Origin: a virus
Lineage: Duplodnaviria; Caudoviricetes
IMG/VR virus record: IMGVR_UViG_3300012953_000066
Span: 1 to 40,891 of that record
Length of the DNA stretch: 40,891 bases
Direction: 5' to 3' (one strand)
The number at the start of each line of letters is the position of its first letter. The stretch's first letter is position 1. The translations under genes were made by a program, and so were the position numbers. The notes below the pieces were generated by a model. That model did not search any database. It was given only the letters and a program-made list of their open reading frames with translations, and had not been told where the DNA came from. Below, one piece after another: positions 10,301-19,500 of this stretch.

Positions 10301-13246
10301 CCTGGAACTGATGCAGATAGAGATAGAAATAGATTTAAATTGGCATCTACTGCAGCAAATGCAATTGCAGGTACTGCTTTAACTATTACTACTGTTGGTG
10401 CTGGAAATACTCATACATTTGCTGTTACTGAAAGTGTAGCTACAAATAGAACATTAATAAGTATTGACAATATGATTCAAAGTCCAATATCATTTAACAA
10501 GCAAATTACTCTTGGATTATCAACAGATGTTGGAATTGGAACAACTGCTATATTCTTAGATGATGTTTCTGAAGTTTCTGGTGGCAAGTTACTTAAGATA
10601 GAAAATGAATTATTAAAAATTACAGGTGTTGGTATCGGTTCCACAAATATACTATTTGTGGATAGAGGTTTTATGGGAACCACTGGTGCAGCACACACTA
10701 TAGGTGCTGCGATAACAGCAGTTTCTGGTGAATATAGAATAGAGAATGGAATTATACATTTCTTAGAAGCACCATATGAAGAATCTACCTTTACTGGTAG
10801 ATCATATTATAGAAAAGATTATACTCAAAATTATATTTTTGATGATATCTCAGAGTCATTCAATGGAGAAACTAGAGAATTTATTATAAAGCAGAATGGA
10901 ACAGAAGTAGTTGGAATGAAAACTGAATATGGAATGATATTAATTAATAATATATTCCAAGATCCTGAACATGGATTAGGTGCTTCAAATGACTATAGTT
11001 CTGATTATAAAGTTAATACTGCTGGAATAGGAAATTCAATTACCTTTACAGGTACTTATGTTGGTACTCAAGGATATTCTGCAGATAAGAAGTATCTTCC
11101 AAAGGGTGGTATAATTAATGAGTTTAGTGTTAATCCTGGAGTTGGACTTGCACCAAGATTTGCTGCTGTTGCGAATGCAGTAGTTGGTGCTGGTGGAACA
11201 ATAGAATCTATTGGTATCGTAACTAATGGAAGTGGATACCTATCTGCACCTAGAGTTGGAATTGCAATAACAAACTATCATTTTGAACATAAATTTATTA
11301 GTGCTGCAGCAAATTCCATTACCGCAAGTAATGGAGCATCAGGAACAAGGACACCAACTTATGCTACTTACAATTCTACTACAGGTGAATTGATTCTAAC
11401 TATCCCTGCACATGGTTTAACAACCAGTAATAAGGTTGCTATTGCAAATGATACTTTAACCTTCCAGTGTTCTAGAGATGGATATCGATCAAATAAGACA
11501 TATCCAAGATCAACTGATCCTGTTTCTGGAATTGCAACTGCTATCACTGCAAAAACTGATGATACTATAGCAATTAATGTTGGTAGAGGTGCTGGAGTTG
11601 GTGCAGAATTTACCGCAACTATTGGTGTTGGTGGTACTGTTACAGCAATTACAGTAACAAACCCAGGAATTGGATATACTAGTGATTATGCACCAATAAT
11701 TACAATTGATGAACCAGAACCTTGGAAAAATGTTCCACTTGGTGGAGGATCTGGTTCTGGTGCAACTATGGATGTTGTAGTTGGTACTGGGGGAAGTGCA
11801 ATATCATACAATCTCTCAAATCCTGGTATTGGTTATTCAATAAATGACGAATTAGAATTGGTAGAAGTTCCATATACTGCAGGAATAACAACTTCTCCAT
11901 TCAAAATAACTGTAGTAAATAGACATCAGGATAAGTTTTCTGGAAGAACATTTGGACATCTTTTAGAACTTGATGACTTTAGTAAGTATTTTAATGGATT
12001 TAGAAGGACTTTCTTGATAACCAGAACGGTTACTAATAAAGAATATTATAGTGTTAATGAGAGAGATGGTTCGGGAATAGTTCTTGCAAATAATCTTTTA
12101 ATTTTCGTTAACGATGTTTTGCAGCAACCAGTTAAAGACTATAAATTCACTAGAGGTACTAAGATAACCTTTAATGAACCACCTAAGAAGGATAGTAAGT
12201 TAAGAATATACTTATATGTTGCATCAAGTATTGATTTTCTTGGCGTTAATATTGATCCAACAGTTAAGGAAGGTGATGCATTAAAATTACAAAAATGGAC
12301 TAATCCAGTTAATGGTAATTCTTCTTTAGAACAAGATGAAAGAATAGTTTACGAATTAATTTCATCCGATTCAGTCGAAACTCAAACATATACAGGAGTT
12401 GGTATACTTACATCTGCAGATGATTTTGATAGACCTTTAATGTGGGAGAAACAAACAACAGATAGAATAATTGACGGTGTAAAAGTATCAAAGAGTAGAG
12501 TAGAATTAGAACCACAATTTTATCCAAGTACACATATTATTAAATCTGTAGCAAAAACAGATACAAAGATATATGTTAGAAACACCTATCCTACATTTAC
12601 AACGTATGATAGCATAACTGGTAACTTGAATAATATATCAATAGTAGGATTAGGAACTACTGCTTTAGATACTGCATCTATAGAAAGAATTGGTAGTGTA
12701 TCTTATGGTGGAGATTATGGAAAAATTACTGGAATAACTACTGCTTTAGTTGGTACTCAACATCAATTAATATTTGATATAACAACTCATCCAGATATTC
12801 AATCCGCAGTCACAAGACCTGGTATTCAAACTGGAGATTATTTTGTAGTTGAGAATACTGTTATTGGATCTCCTTCTACTAATATTGCAAATAGAGTTAA
12901 AGCTATTGGTATTGATGGATCGACTGTAGTTGGAATTGGAAGTACTTGGATTGATGGAGTATATCAAGCAAAGACTTGGACTGCTACAGGGGTAGGTAAT
13001 ACATCTATTCGTGTAACTACCAATGTTTCTGCTCTAACTGGTATTACTACAACTGATATTCCAGCAGCAGGAGATGGTGAAACTGAAAGATTTGCAGGAA
13101 CTTATAGTTGGGGATATCTTAATGTTACTAGGAATGTTGCAACAGCAAAATCATTTACATTTTATAATGAAAATGGAATAGCAGGAATTCAAACTTCTGC
13201 ACATATATCGAGAACACTTCAACTAAAGAGTGAAGCGTCTACATAA
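1352..13246 (+). CDS. gp7: Giant baseplate wedge initiator at the gp7 position (3964 aa, multidomain)
   Basis: Lies between gp6 and gp8. Has the N-terminal KDFYTSKGTDLSLDILFKVLFG motif and the HDNDYYQRFSYAIK...LAHISGYKPF motif seen in cyanophage gp7-like proteins, plus YHYH-like segments and many repeated beta domains. Confidence 0.8.
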   Translation: MKDNKVKISNILGSLIPDFIENDTTAGEESLFKQFLTQYYEFEEREYGTTDIAENIAFNKKISTLSKMETVRAQTIPAAGTIVPSEQIRVNGEVFAYDNLINVNHTKGFPEKYGLLKIDNEIITYTSKTDTSFVGCIRGFDGISQIKSTDDPQFLTFSETSATGHVTDSIVINLGFNFLNEFYIKFKKNYLPGLENRTFTDGVSVENILTRAKDFYTSKGTDLSLDILFKVLFGKHVIIDKPFDNTISPSDARWIRGKQVTVEAISGDPSQLKFSTLYQGTLAGFSTSSTAKGAIEKVETVFLKGSKRYFRLFLSPDTVKGNFNINSKTRVIASSPSNTVVTVDSTVGFGDTGSFSYKASNGQYVITQYGSKSYNQFFDCVGLSTTLNKNTEIIDDNFVFSYEDNDPNKLCQMRLVGSISDITGNYQDTKFFSKDDVISLKHLGEKTSTTDLKYSSWIYNNIFRCNIDSIDVVNKSIITKAPHYLKSGDIIFIDEASTLTTIDGNVEVDEILTPTKFSYKGSGVSNTLLTTPDLNLEYVFERKQDLVSDNLNLGYLIGDIQNTFVDSDKNTYVAFSGYPSYSNIETTDRSKEFTSAGIGTTASGITISNHGFLNGEKVYYQPIADQPIGPGITSTSSGVILGYIDDFGVLNKVQSVGIETGVYYVNVVDDNIIKLASNVNNIFTDDNLWNYSKTDVGFTLFPVHSGINTSFKHKITPYNLYVGGSLKNQNNFRKIAKNSKLATSRKKIIGPIGVGVDGIEIYSPISNDSVYYGQLDKIDVLNVGGNYDVVTPPAVSIADTTGSSVDCNVHVNEGVLDDILLTSKGWDFSSIPSVSVTGGNGKGVSCDAKMREFVHSQSFNEFAVVTGGSTPGKIGIGTFHRFDDGEEVIYTVSSPGSPVGVGSTNADKSDAVTNSSPLTLINGGTYYIASQNNNEFSLAATKERALSKQKLIEFFDDGSGTHTITSNRKRKIIDRIVIHTKGNSFANNKVEVDARKYPPETRAELSTTFVGINTYYDYIYAERHNFKEGDIVKYSASNSIIGGLIPKSEYFVSVVDNNKFKLADASTIDGVYENHILKLSTNELGRNINKFNDSPELISNGDFSGTTGWTVGTGWAISGGKATHTGTTAGYLTSTPLTPFIEGRWYVLTADVSAGSHFSMWNGFGIVGHHDTEYTQGNTSQYADVYTERVGDKLIALWRQGGAYLNSVNLYSSGTDVNGATLNPTIDNVSIREVTTFGRTTIDYDKNIFVDLTSIGSGTHTFKYPDIKVSIEGVGAIGISSSHIPDYYYAKGDPVIRGQISNLFIKSGGVGFGVSSILNNIRKPDISLKTGIGANIGVIVDASGTISDAFVSVGGTNYTSPPTLEVVGKGLFAQLKPTIVDGVITSVDVLNGGGNYDQESTTVNVIPTGESSNPAAFEPYVHEWKVNNVERYSNNLDYKIDAINSNKDTIQLQSEIIDKGNKLVSFYPNKQLRKNYNDNIESETNVEKTEELIHSPVLGWAYDGNPIYGPYGFVNATPDAAGNFGGTRRMVSSYIKNQETNTGLRPSSYIEGFFIDDYQYVEGQGDLDEYNGRFEINDDYPNGIYAYYHTLEGNPTFPYVTYQHNNQTDEFNYDSFIDQSDKSINNGKYRRNVTFLGLNEANKEYPFLSDQIGSNVKVSIDAVKSSGLTTTFASNGGENYNVGDTISYSDTTVVNGSVREILGKDINSIETSTTTISNLSFSIRGKNVEAFSTVPHNLLDSEVVTISGITSSLYDFVNGSYPIGVTTIATTLSVGIANTLTTGITTFIQLNEITRSDKFEVDDIIKINDEQMKILNKDHFNNRYRVSRVNDGVGATGNNAHNAGLVVTKLPQKFTFTLDNNKVLNNNLEFSAKYNFDAESAVGIGSTVVGVEVGYAGSSVIRKSVPGGGIYLPGHKFKTNDKISYSVGSGSTVMYSVDTDIDGSGNLSAEGNLSDIGVQLYVIKFSDEFIGISSVLNGSRLYYVSVVGKNHRIETMIDSIDGVAKKIDATIGLSTSHSLLVGDNINLNVTPNKTEPHVLKYESAINDLVLDPVTIPSTDVLTSNSSIRVTDHKYKTGESVIFTTAGTAPGGLVADKIYYIIRNSDTTIKLASSLHDATVYPYNNITISSTGSGNHQLANVNLTIDVYEGNTLELDTSDVSLIDYDINFYHNEDFISPYDTELIQKYGVNGDGDAGTKIKINVTDEFLSGAYYRVEGNLSLIEDPKEHITSKIIVLNSKFNKNHRITGVGNTTLILNLVGAAETTSYSSDDISSAFYYTDSNNDTGSIYSVNTINIDSTTILPKVVSVASTTGSKAIFVEQSDDIGEILATNILDQGFEFPTDNTLVPKADSYVVLKLQDIYTLDSIGITTGGKNYTTSPQVVAIGNTIIQTNSTILGNAVSEVDVITNDSGLSKNIEMISTVNSNGVGIINATTNLNTKELILELAAPINGWPNNEFPFTELDEIYVEGIKVLGGATTTADGYNSSDYNNQYFTIKDNGGINTTGGVFGNGTLTYSIVGLGTNGGAFDPDNVFGRVVNVDDLAKFEAKLKKVSFSEGEVITQINSGATGVVVSDGWNDNSQLLKLKNVVGEFINGEKIVGSITNEKSIVQDNYVFDFDLKVDSLISRSVDWETSKGKLNDHMQRIHDNDYYQRFSYAIKGEVAYENWKEPIGSLAHISGYKPFSDLEIINDPVANVGMSSVPADLILNVKVDSEASVHQRYNYDMATENTEDPNYSKIITFGSKIITDYSESRSNKVLLIDDISKKFTGVNNTFTGVHQFVRDELFDSTGAIAVIGGGNLGVTTAGTSYNPSTGVLTLTTSTAHGLNTNDEISLRNKSLTFTCDRDNFESEHPYPRSTDPASTSNSIFNNGVLKVTKIDNDTFTVLVNTPSIGGQTVGVSTFTLYTVDKQGVEPTGVSTDRLFYKTVIPSDGVNLTTDTITIEDHEFNTAEELIYSPHGSTSIQVDNGSGGNMNLPSRVFAINPGTDADRDRNRFKLASTAANAIAGTALTITTVGAGNTHTFAVTESVATNRTLISIDNMIQSPISFNKQITLGLSTDVGIGTTAIFLDDVSEVSGGKLLKIENELLKITGVGIGSTNILFVDRGFMGTTGAAHTIGAAITAVSGEYRIENGIIHFLEAPYEESTFTGRSYYRKDYTQNYIFDDISESFNGETREFIIKQNGTEVVGMKTEYGMILINNIFQDPEHGLGASNDYSSDYKVNTAGIGNSITFTGTYVGTQGYSADKKYLPKGGIINEFSVNPGVGLAPRFAAVANAVVGAGGTIESIGIVTNGSGYLSAPRVGIAITNYHFEHKFISAAANSITASNGASGTRTPTYATYNSTTGELILTIPAHGLTTSNKVAIANDTLTFQCSRDGYRSNKTYPRSTDPVSGIATAITAKTDDTIAINVGRGAGVGAEFTATIGVGGTVTAITVTNPGIGYTSDYAPIITIDEPEPWKNVPLGGGSGSGATMDVVVGTGGSAISYNLSNPGIGYSINDELELVEVPYTAGITTSPFKITVVNRHQDKFSGRTFGHLLELDDFSKYFNGFRRTFLITRTVTNKEYYSVNERDGSGIVLANNLLIFVNDVLQQPVKDYKFTRGTKITFNEPPKKDSKLRIYLYVASSIDFLGVNIDPTVKEGDALKLQKWTNPVNGNSSLEQDERIVYELISSDSVETQTYTGVGILTSADDFDRPLMWEKQTTDRIIDGVKVSKSRVELEPQFYPSTHIIKSVAKTDTKIYVRNTYPTFTTYDSITGNLNNISIVGLGTTALDTASIERIGSVSYGGDYGKITGITTALVGTQHQLIFDITTHPDIQSAVTRPGIQTGDYFVVENTVIGSPSTNIANRVKAIGIDGSTVVGIGSTWIDGVYQAKTWTATGVGNTSIRVTTNVSALTGITTTDIPAAGDGETERFAGTYSWGYLNVTRNVATAKSFTFYNENGIAGIQTSAHISRTLQLKSEAST

Positions 13247-13250
13247 ACCG

Positions 13251-13258
13251 TATAAATA
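13251..13258 (+). promoter_or_regulatory. T4-type late promoter (gp55 sigma)
   Basis: Exact TATAAATA in the intergenic gap, 18 nt before the gp8 ATG. Confidence 0.85.
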
Positions 13259-13276
13259 ATCAAAAATACAATAGCA

Positions 13277-14962
13277 ATGCCAGCGATAATCACAGATCAA
13301 TTCAGAATTTTGAATGCAGAAACTTTTGTAGGAAGTTTTTCTGGAGCAGGAACTACTTCGTATTATTATAGTTTCCTGGGTCATCCCAATCCAACTAATA
13401 CTGCTATTGAATATGGGCAAACTGATTGGCAAACGAATCCACCAGATCCTAAAGATTCGTTTGAGCAGGAAAGTTCTTATCATAATAGTATGCTTTTTAT
13501 GAAAAGAATTACTTCTGATGATGTTAGAATGATAATTCCAAGATTTAATTGGCAAAGTGGATCAATATACGATAGATATAGGCATAATATTGATAACACT
13601 AATCCATCCACATCTTTAGATGCAAAAACATTATATGAGTCCAAATATATTGTAGTTAATTCTGAATACAAAGTTTATCTTTGTATAAACAACGGAGAAG
13701 ATCCAGAGAATAAAAATGGTCAGAAATCAACTGCTGAACCAAATTTTGCTACTATTACTCCACAAAAAGCAACTACGAATGCTACAGATGGATATATTTG
13801 GAAATATTTGTTCACTATTTCTCCTGCAGATGTTATAAAATTTGCAACTGAAAAATATATACCGTTACCAAAAGATTGGGGTACTGGAAGTACTGCAGAT
13901 GTTTTTAATGCATCTGTTGATGGTAAACTTGAAAAAAATGCAATAACAATTAAAAATAGAGGGTCTGGATATCAATTTAGTTCTGGTACTCAAGCAACCT
14001 TACCAATATATGGTGATGGTTATGGTGGTAGAGCAAGTGTTACTATCAATAGCGACAATCAAGTAGAAAGTGCCGAAATAGTAGATGGAGGTGTCGGATA
14101 TACAAAAGCATTTGTGATATTCCAAGGTGTAGGTGAAACTGATATTGGTACAACTTATGGAACTGCTTTAAATCATGTTAATCCTAATGATACTTCTACT
14201 GCTAAAGTTACGATAGATAAAGGTAGTGGTGCTGAATTTGAAATTGCCTGTCCTCCAAAGGGAGGTCATGGTTCCGATATTAATAGGGAATGTGGATCTC
14301 ATAGAGTAATGGTTTACTCTAAATACGATTCTGATCCTGATTACGTTACTGGAAATAATTTTTCCAGAATTGGTATTGTTAAAAATCCTACAGTATACAA
14401 TTCTTCTACAGAATTAATAAACAGAAGTACTGCTACATCAACATTTGCTATGAAATTGCAAGTACCAGCATCGGGTGAAGATGAATTGAATTATCCGATA
14501 AATTCAAAGATCACTCAAGTTGTTGGATATAATCCAGTAACTGGTATTTCATCTGTAGCTGTTGGTTATGTTGCTTCTTTTGATCGAAGTACACATATTT
14601 TGAAATATTACCAACCAGTAGGACTTTCCACTTTAAATGCTAGTGGTTATAAGATATTACCATTTAATGTTAATACAGGTAATAGTGATGTAACTGCTAA
14701 TATTGCATGTGATGGTACTGCTGCAGTTCCTGGATTACTTGATGCCAATTTTGGTAGTGCTACTGATGGATTTTCAGATGGGAGGAATTCTATTACATTG
14801 AGTACAGGTAAATATGTACAGTTAGGCCAAACATTTAAAAATGGAATTGCTTCACCAGAAGTAGAAAGGTACTCAGGTGACATCATATATATTGATAACA
14901 GGCAGTCAATCACTAGGTCTGCAGCTCAAAAAGAAGAGTTAAAAATTGTAGTAGAGTTCTAA
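13277..14962 (+). CDS. gp8: Baseplate wedge subunit gp8
   Basis: MPAIITDQFRILNAETF start, VYLCINNG, DGYIWKYLFTI and the C-terminal SGDIIYIDNRQSITRSAAQKEELKIVVEF are characteristic of T4-like gp8. Confidence 0.92.
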   Translation: MPAIITDQFRILNAETFVGSFSGAGTTSYYYSFLGHPNPTNTAIEYGQTDWQTNPPDPKDSFEQESSYHNSMLFMKRITSDDVRMIIPRFNWQSGSIYDRYRHNIDNTNPSTSLDAKTLYESKYIVVNSEYKVYLCINNGEDPENKNGQKSTAEPNFATITPQKATTNATDGYIWKYLFTISPADVIKFATEKYIPLPKDWGTGSTADVFNASVDGKLEKNAITIKNRGSGYQFSSGTQATLPIYGDGYGGRASVTINSDNQVESAEIVDGGVGYTKAFVIFQGVGETDIGTTYGTALNHVNPNDTSTAKVTIDKGSGAEFEIACPPKGGHGSDINRECGSHRVMVYSKYDSDPDYVTGNNFSRIGIVKNPTVYNSSTELINRSTATSTFAMKLQVPASGEDELNYPINSKITQVVGYNPVTGISSVAVGYVASFDRSTHILKYYQPVGLSTLNASGYKILPFNVNTGNSDVTANIACDGTAAVPGLLDANFGSATDGFSDGRNSITLSTGKYVQLGQTFKNGIASPEVERYSGDIIYIDNRQSITRSAAQKEELKIVVEF

Positions 14963-14965
14963 AAA

Positions 14966-16579
14966 ATGGCAAAAAATACAAATCTAAACGTTTCTCCATA
15001 TTTTGATGATTTTGATGAATTAAAAAACTACAATAGAGTTTTATTCAAACCTGGTTATCCAGTTCAAGCTAGAGAATTAACAACGTCACAATCGATTGTT
15101 CAGAATCAAATAGAAAAATTAGGACACTACTTTTTTAAGGAAGGATCTGTAGTAATACCTGGTGGGACTACATACGACAGTATATACGATTGTGTTAGAA
15201 TAGATCCAGTTCATTTAACTCTTCCTGTAAGCGCATATACAAAGGTATTAGTAGATAATAATATAAAGATTAAAGGAGAAACAACAGGAGTTACTGCTAC
15301 AGTAATTAATAGGTTAACTATATCTGACTCTATAGACAAATTTGATACATTATACATTAAGTATAATTCTTCAGGAACTGACGGTATAACTAAAACATTC
15401 CAAGATGGTGAGAATTTAATAACTTTATCTGATATCAATTACTCATCAACAAAAGTTGAAGCAAATGGTACTTTTGCAAAATGTATTGAAACTGGTTCTA
15501 CTAAAACTGGAGCTTCCGTTTCAATTAATGAAGGACTTTATTATATTAGAGGATTTTTTGTACATGTTCCAAAATCAACAGTTATATTGGATCAGTATAC
15601 AAATAGACCAAGTTATAAAATTGGATTAGCAATTACTGAAGAAATTGTTCAAGCAACTTCTGTTAATTCTGATCTTTACGATAATGCTCAAGGATTTGCC
15701 AATGAATCTGCTCCTGGTGCCGATAGATTTTCTGTTTCAGCAAAATTATCTAAAAAGTTATTAACAGATCCAGAGGATAAGAATTTTGTAGAATTAATTC
15801 GTATTGAAAATGGTATTATTAAGAAATTTGATCCAAGTACGGATCCAAAATTCAATTTGTTTGAAGATGCATTAGCAAAAAGAACATACGAAGAATCTGG
15901 CAACTATTATGTAAGACCATTTAGTATAGATATTAGAGAATCTCTTAATAATAGAATTAATAATAGAGGACTATATTTTGAAAATCAATTAACACAAAAT
16001 ACAAATACTCCTTCAGATGACATATATTGTTTACAAATGTCAGCTGGAAAGGCATATGTGAATGGTTATAGAATAGCTAAAGAGTATTCTTCTGCTGTTG
16101 ATGTATTAAAACCTAGAACTAAAAAAGATCAAGAAAATAAGTCTCTTCCAATAAAAGTTGGTAATGTATTAAAAGTAAACAATCAATATGGTGTACCAAA
16201 TCTTGGATTTACTAATTCAACACAATATGCAATTGATCTTCTTGATAGAAGATTGGTGAAAAGAGGTGGTAGTGGTGCTAATCAGAATGAGTGGATAAAA
16301 GATGCAAATGCTGAAGTTATTGGTAAGGCAAGGGTTTATGATTGGTCTAGATTGAGTAAGAATGATATTGGTGGAAGTGCATATGACTTTGAATTAAGAT
16401 TATTGGATGTTCAAGGTTATACTAAATTAACTGTTACACCTGCTTTTGGTACTGTAGCTGCTGCTAATGCCTTTGTAGAAGGTAAGTATAGTGGTGCTAG
16501 TGGTTATATAGTAACTAGTGCTAATGGACAAACTAGTGCAAAATTGCAAGATGTCAAAGGACAGTTCCAAGTTAATTAA
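14966..16579 (+). CDS. DUF4815/VrlC-like virion structural protein, N-terminal part (ends at an in-frame TAA)
   Basis: Starts NLNVSPYFDDFD...VLFKPGYPVQARELT...QNQIE and contains APGADRF, LAKRTYEESGNY and GKAYVNGY. Same frame as 16586..22447. Confidence 0.85.
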   Translation: MAKNTNLNVSPYFDDFDELKNYNRVLFKPGYPVQARELTTSQSIVQNQIEKLGHYFFKEGSVVIPGGTTYDSIYDCVRIDPVHLTLPVSAYTKVLVDNNIKIKGETTGVTATVINRLTISDSIDKFDTLYIKYNSSGTDGITKTFQDGENLITLSDINYSSTKVEANGTFAKCIETGSTKTGASVSINEGLYYIRGFFVHVPKSTVILDQYTNRPSYKIGLAITEEIVQATSVNSDLYDNAQGFANESAPGADRFSVSAKLSKKLLTDPEDKNFVELIRIENGIIKKFDPSTDPKFNLFEDALAKRTYEESGNYYVRPFSIDIRESLNNRINNRGLYFENQLTQNTNTPSDDIYCLQMSAGKAYVNGYRIAKEYSSAVDVLKPRTKKDQENKSLPIKVGNVLKVNNQYGVPNLGFTNSTQYAIDLLDRRLVKRGGSGANQNEWIKDANAEVIGKARVYDWSRLSKNDIGGSAYDFELRLLDVQGYTKLTVTPAFGTVAAANAFVEGKYSGASGYIVTSANGQTSAKLQDVKGQFQVN

Positions 16580-16585
16580 CCTTTA

Positions 16586-19500
16586 ATGATCAATGGAAAT
16601 GATAATGGTAGAAGTGTTACTGCAATAGATGATTATGATGTTTCAAATGTAAAATCTGTTCATAGTAATGTTGGTGTAAGTACATTTATAGCTGATACAG
16701 TATTGGATCGTAAGAAAGAGGTATTTGATCCTGGATTTGAATTTGATTTTAATGGTGGTACTGTTAGAACTACAGGTATATCAGATTTTAGAGGGTTAGT
16801 TAAAGTTGGAGATATTCTTTCTTATACAGTTGCTAATAATAGTGTTGCTGATGTAAGATTTAATAGAGTAAGTCAGGTTACTAATAGTACACTAACAGTA
16901 GCTACTGTTGAAACTGTTTCTGGAATATGTGATGGTAGTATAGGTAACTGTACTCCAACTGGTGTTAAAGTACTTAGTTGTGACTTAGGAAAATCAGTTG
17001 ATCCTGGATATATAATTCCTCTTGAGAATCCATTTGTTTCTTCAGTTAATGTTAAAGATTCATCTTATATTATAAGAAAACAATTAACTGCAACTGCTAG
17101 TGGTGGAAGTGCTGTATTTAATTTATCTGATACGGGTGATGATAATTTGGCTTTTGAACCATTTACTTCCAATAATTACGTATTAAATTTAAAATCTGCT
17201 GCAGGAAGTGTAGGTACAAATATAAACCTAAGAGCAAGTCAAACTTCTATTACTAATGGAAGTAGAACATTGACTATTACAGGTTTAACTAACGTAGCAC
17301 ATGATTTAACTGCAGCTGTTAAAAGAACTACATTATCTTCCAAAAAGAAAGATATAGTTAGATGCCATAGTCTAGTAATAAATGAATCAAAACTTGCTGG
17401 TTCTGGAACAGCAGATATTACATTTAAAGATGGATTAACTCCAGCAGCAAATAAGTATGGATTAAGAGTGCAGGATAAAGAAATTTGTCTAAAGTATCCA
17501 GATATTCATAGAGTTTTAGGTGTATTTGAATCTAATGATGCTAGTGATCCAGATGTACCAAAAATTACTGTAGATAGTGCATCTGCTTCTGACGTATTTA
17601 CTAATAATGTAACTGTTGGTGAACAATTTATTGGAAATAATTCTGGTGCTCTTGCTCGTGTTGTTAGTGTAGATAGTGCTACTGAATTATCTTTTGTATA
17701 TGAAAATCAGAAAGAATTTGAAAATGGAGAAACCATAACATTAAAGATTTCTGGTATAGTAGCTAATATTAATTTAATATTGAAAGGTGATAGGGATATT
17801 AGTAGAAATTATGATTTAGATACTGGTAGTAGACCAGAGTATCTTGATTATGGTAGAATTATTAGAAAGAGTGATGCTCCAGAACCTAGTAGAAAACTTA
17901 GGATTATCTTTGATTATTATAGTTGTGATGAAAGTATTGGAACTATCCAAACAATTAATAGTTACAATGGATTGAATTATACTAGTGAGATACCAAGTGC
18001 TCTTGGGGTAAGATTATCAGATACATTTGATATAAGACCAAGAGTTGTTTCTCCATATGCTCAATCCACTTCACCATTTACTTTTGCTAATAGAGACTTT
18101 ACCACATCAACTACTGATACTTTAGTAGCAAATCAATCTGTCGTTTTAGACTATACACATTATCTTGGTAGAATTGATAGATTATATTTGAATAATGAAG
18201 GTGCATTCCAAGTAAAAAAAGGTGAACCAGCTATAAACCCAAAAGCACCTTTGAAAACTGATGGTGCTTTTGAAGTTGGTATAATTAATATGCAACCATA
18301 TACATTACAAGCGTCTAGAGATGTTAGAATAAAAATGATACCTCATAAGAGGTATACTATGAAGGATATTGGAGGTCTTGAGAGTAGAATTAAAACTCTT
18401 GAGGAATATACTACCCTATCTCTTCTTGAAACTGATACTAAGAATTTAGCAATTAAGGATCCAAATACTGGATTGGATAAGTTTAAATCTGGTTTCTTTG
18501 TTGATAATTTTAGAAATCATGCTTCTCATAATTTTAATGGTGAGTCTAAATTTGATATTGATATAAGAAGAAGTGAATGTAGACCAAAATCTACTGAAAG
18601 AAATGTTTCTTTGGTCTTTGAAACAAAAACATCTAATTTAAATCCATTAAGTAGTGACTATCGTTTTGTTGATGATTTCGATTCTGATAACCTTACAAGA
18701 AATGGTCCTGGATTGACTCTTAAATACACTGAAGATATGTTTATCAATCAACCACTAGCAACAAGAGTAGAGAGTTTAAATCCATTTGCATTAGCAGAAT
18801 ATCATGGAACTTTAGAATTAACACCTTCTACTGATTATTGGATAGATGAAATTGTAGCTGCTCCACAAAATATTGATATGGGTCAAGGAACATTCGCAGC
18901 ATTTGCAACTATACTTGGAATTGATGATAGGGAAAATGGTGGAATGTCAACTGGAATGTGGAATTCTACAGAAGAAATATGGGGAGATGTTGAAGTAGTT
19001 GGTACAGAAACTACTACTGGTCAAGTGGAAGATTCCACCTTTGTTGATCGTACTACTAGGGAAAATGGAAATGATATTGGATGGTGGGGAGTAAGAGATG
19101 TTACAGATAGAGATATTACAACTACTATATCAAATACACAAACCACTACCACCACTTTTGGTCAATCAGGAATTGAAAGAGAGACTGGATTGGAGCTATC
19201 GTCTACTACAGAAACTGTAGATTTGGGTCCAAAAATAACTTCCATAGAAGTTCTATTTAATTGTAGATCTAGAAATATTGAGGTTTCTGGTAGTAGATTA
19301 AAACCAAATACAAAATATTATGTTTTTATGGAGCAAGTGGATGTAACAAATTTCTGTGTTCCAAAATTATTACCAATAACAATGACTAGAGGATCTTTCT
19401 CTGCTCAGGATATTATTACTACTGCTGGATTCCAAGCTCAAACAATAGGTCAACCAGACATTACGTTTAGAGCAGCACAAGCAAATCATAAGTTTGGACC

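Noticed and set aside
16577-16579. Genome-wide stop-codon reassignment
   Set aside because: TAA, TAG and TGA all terminate conserved genes at their expected ends. Only one internal stop was seen.
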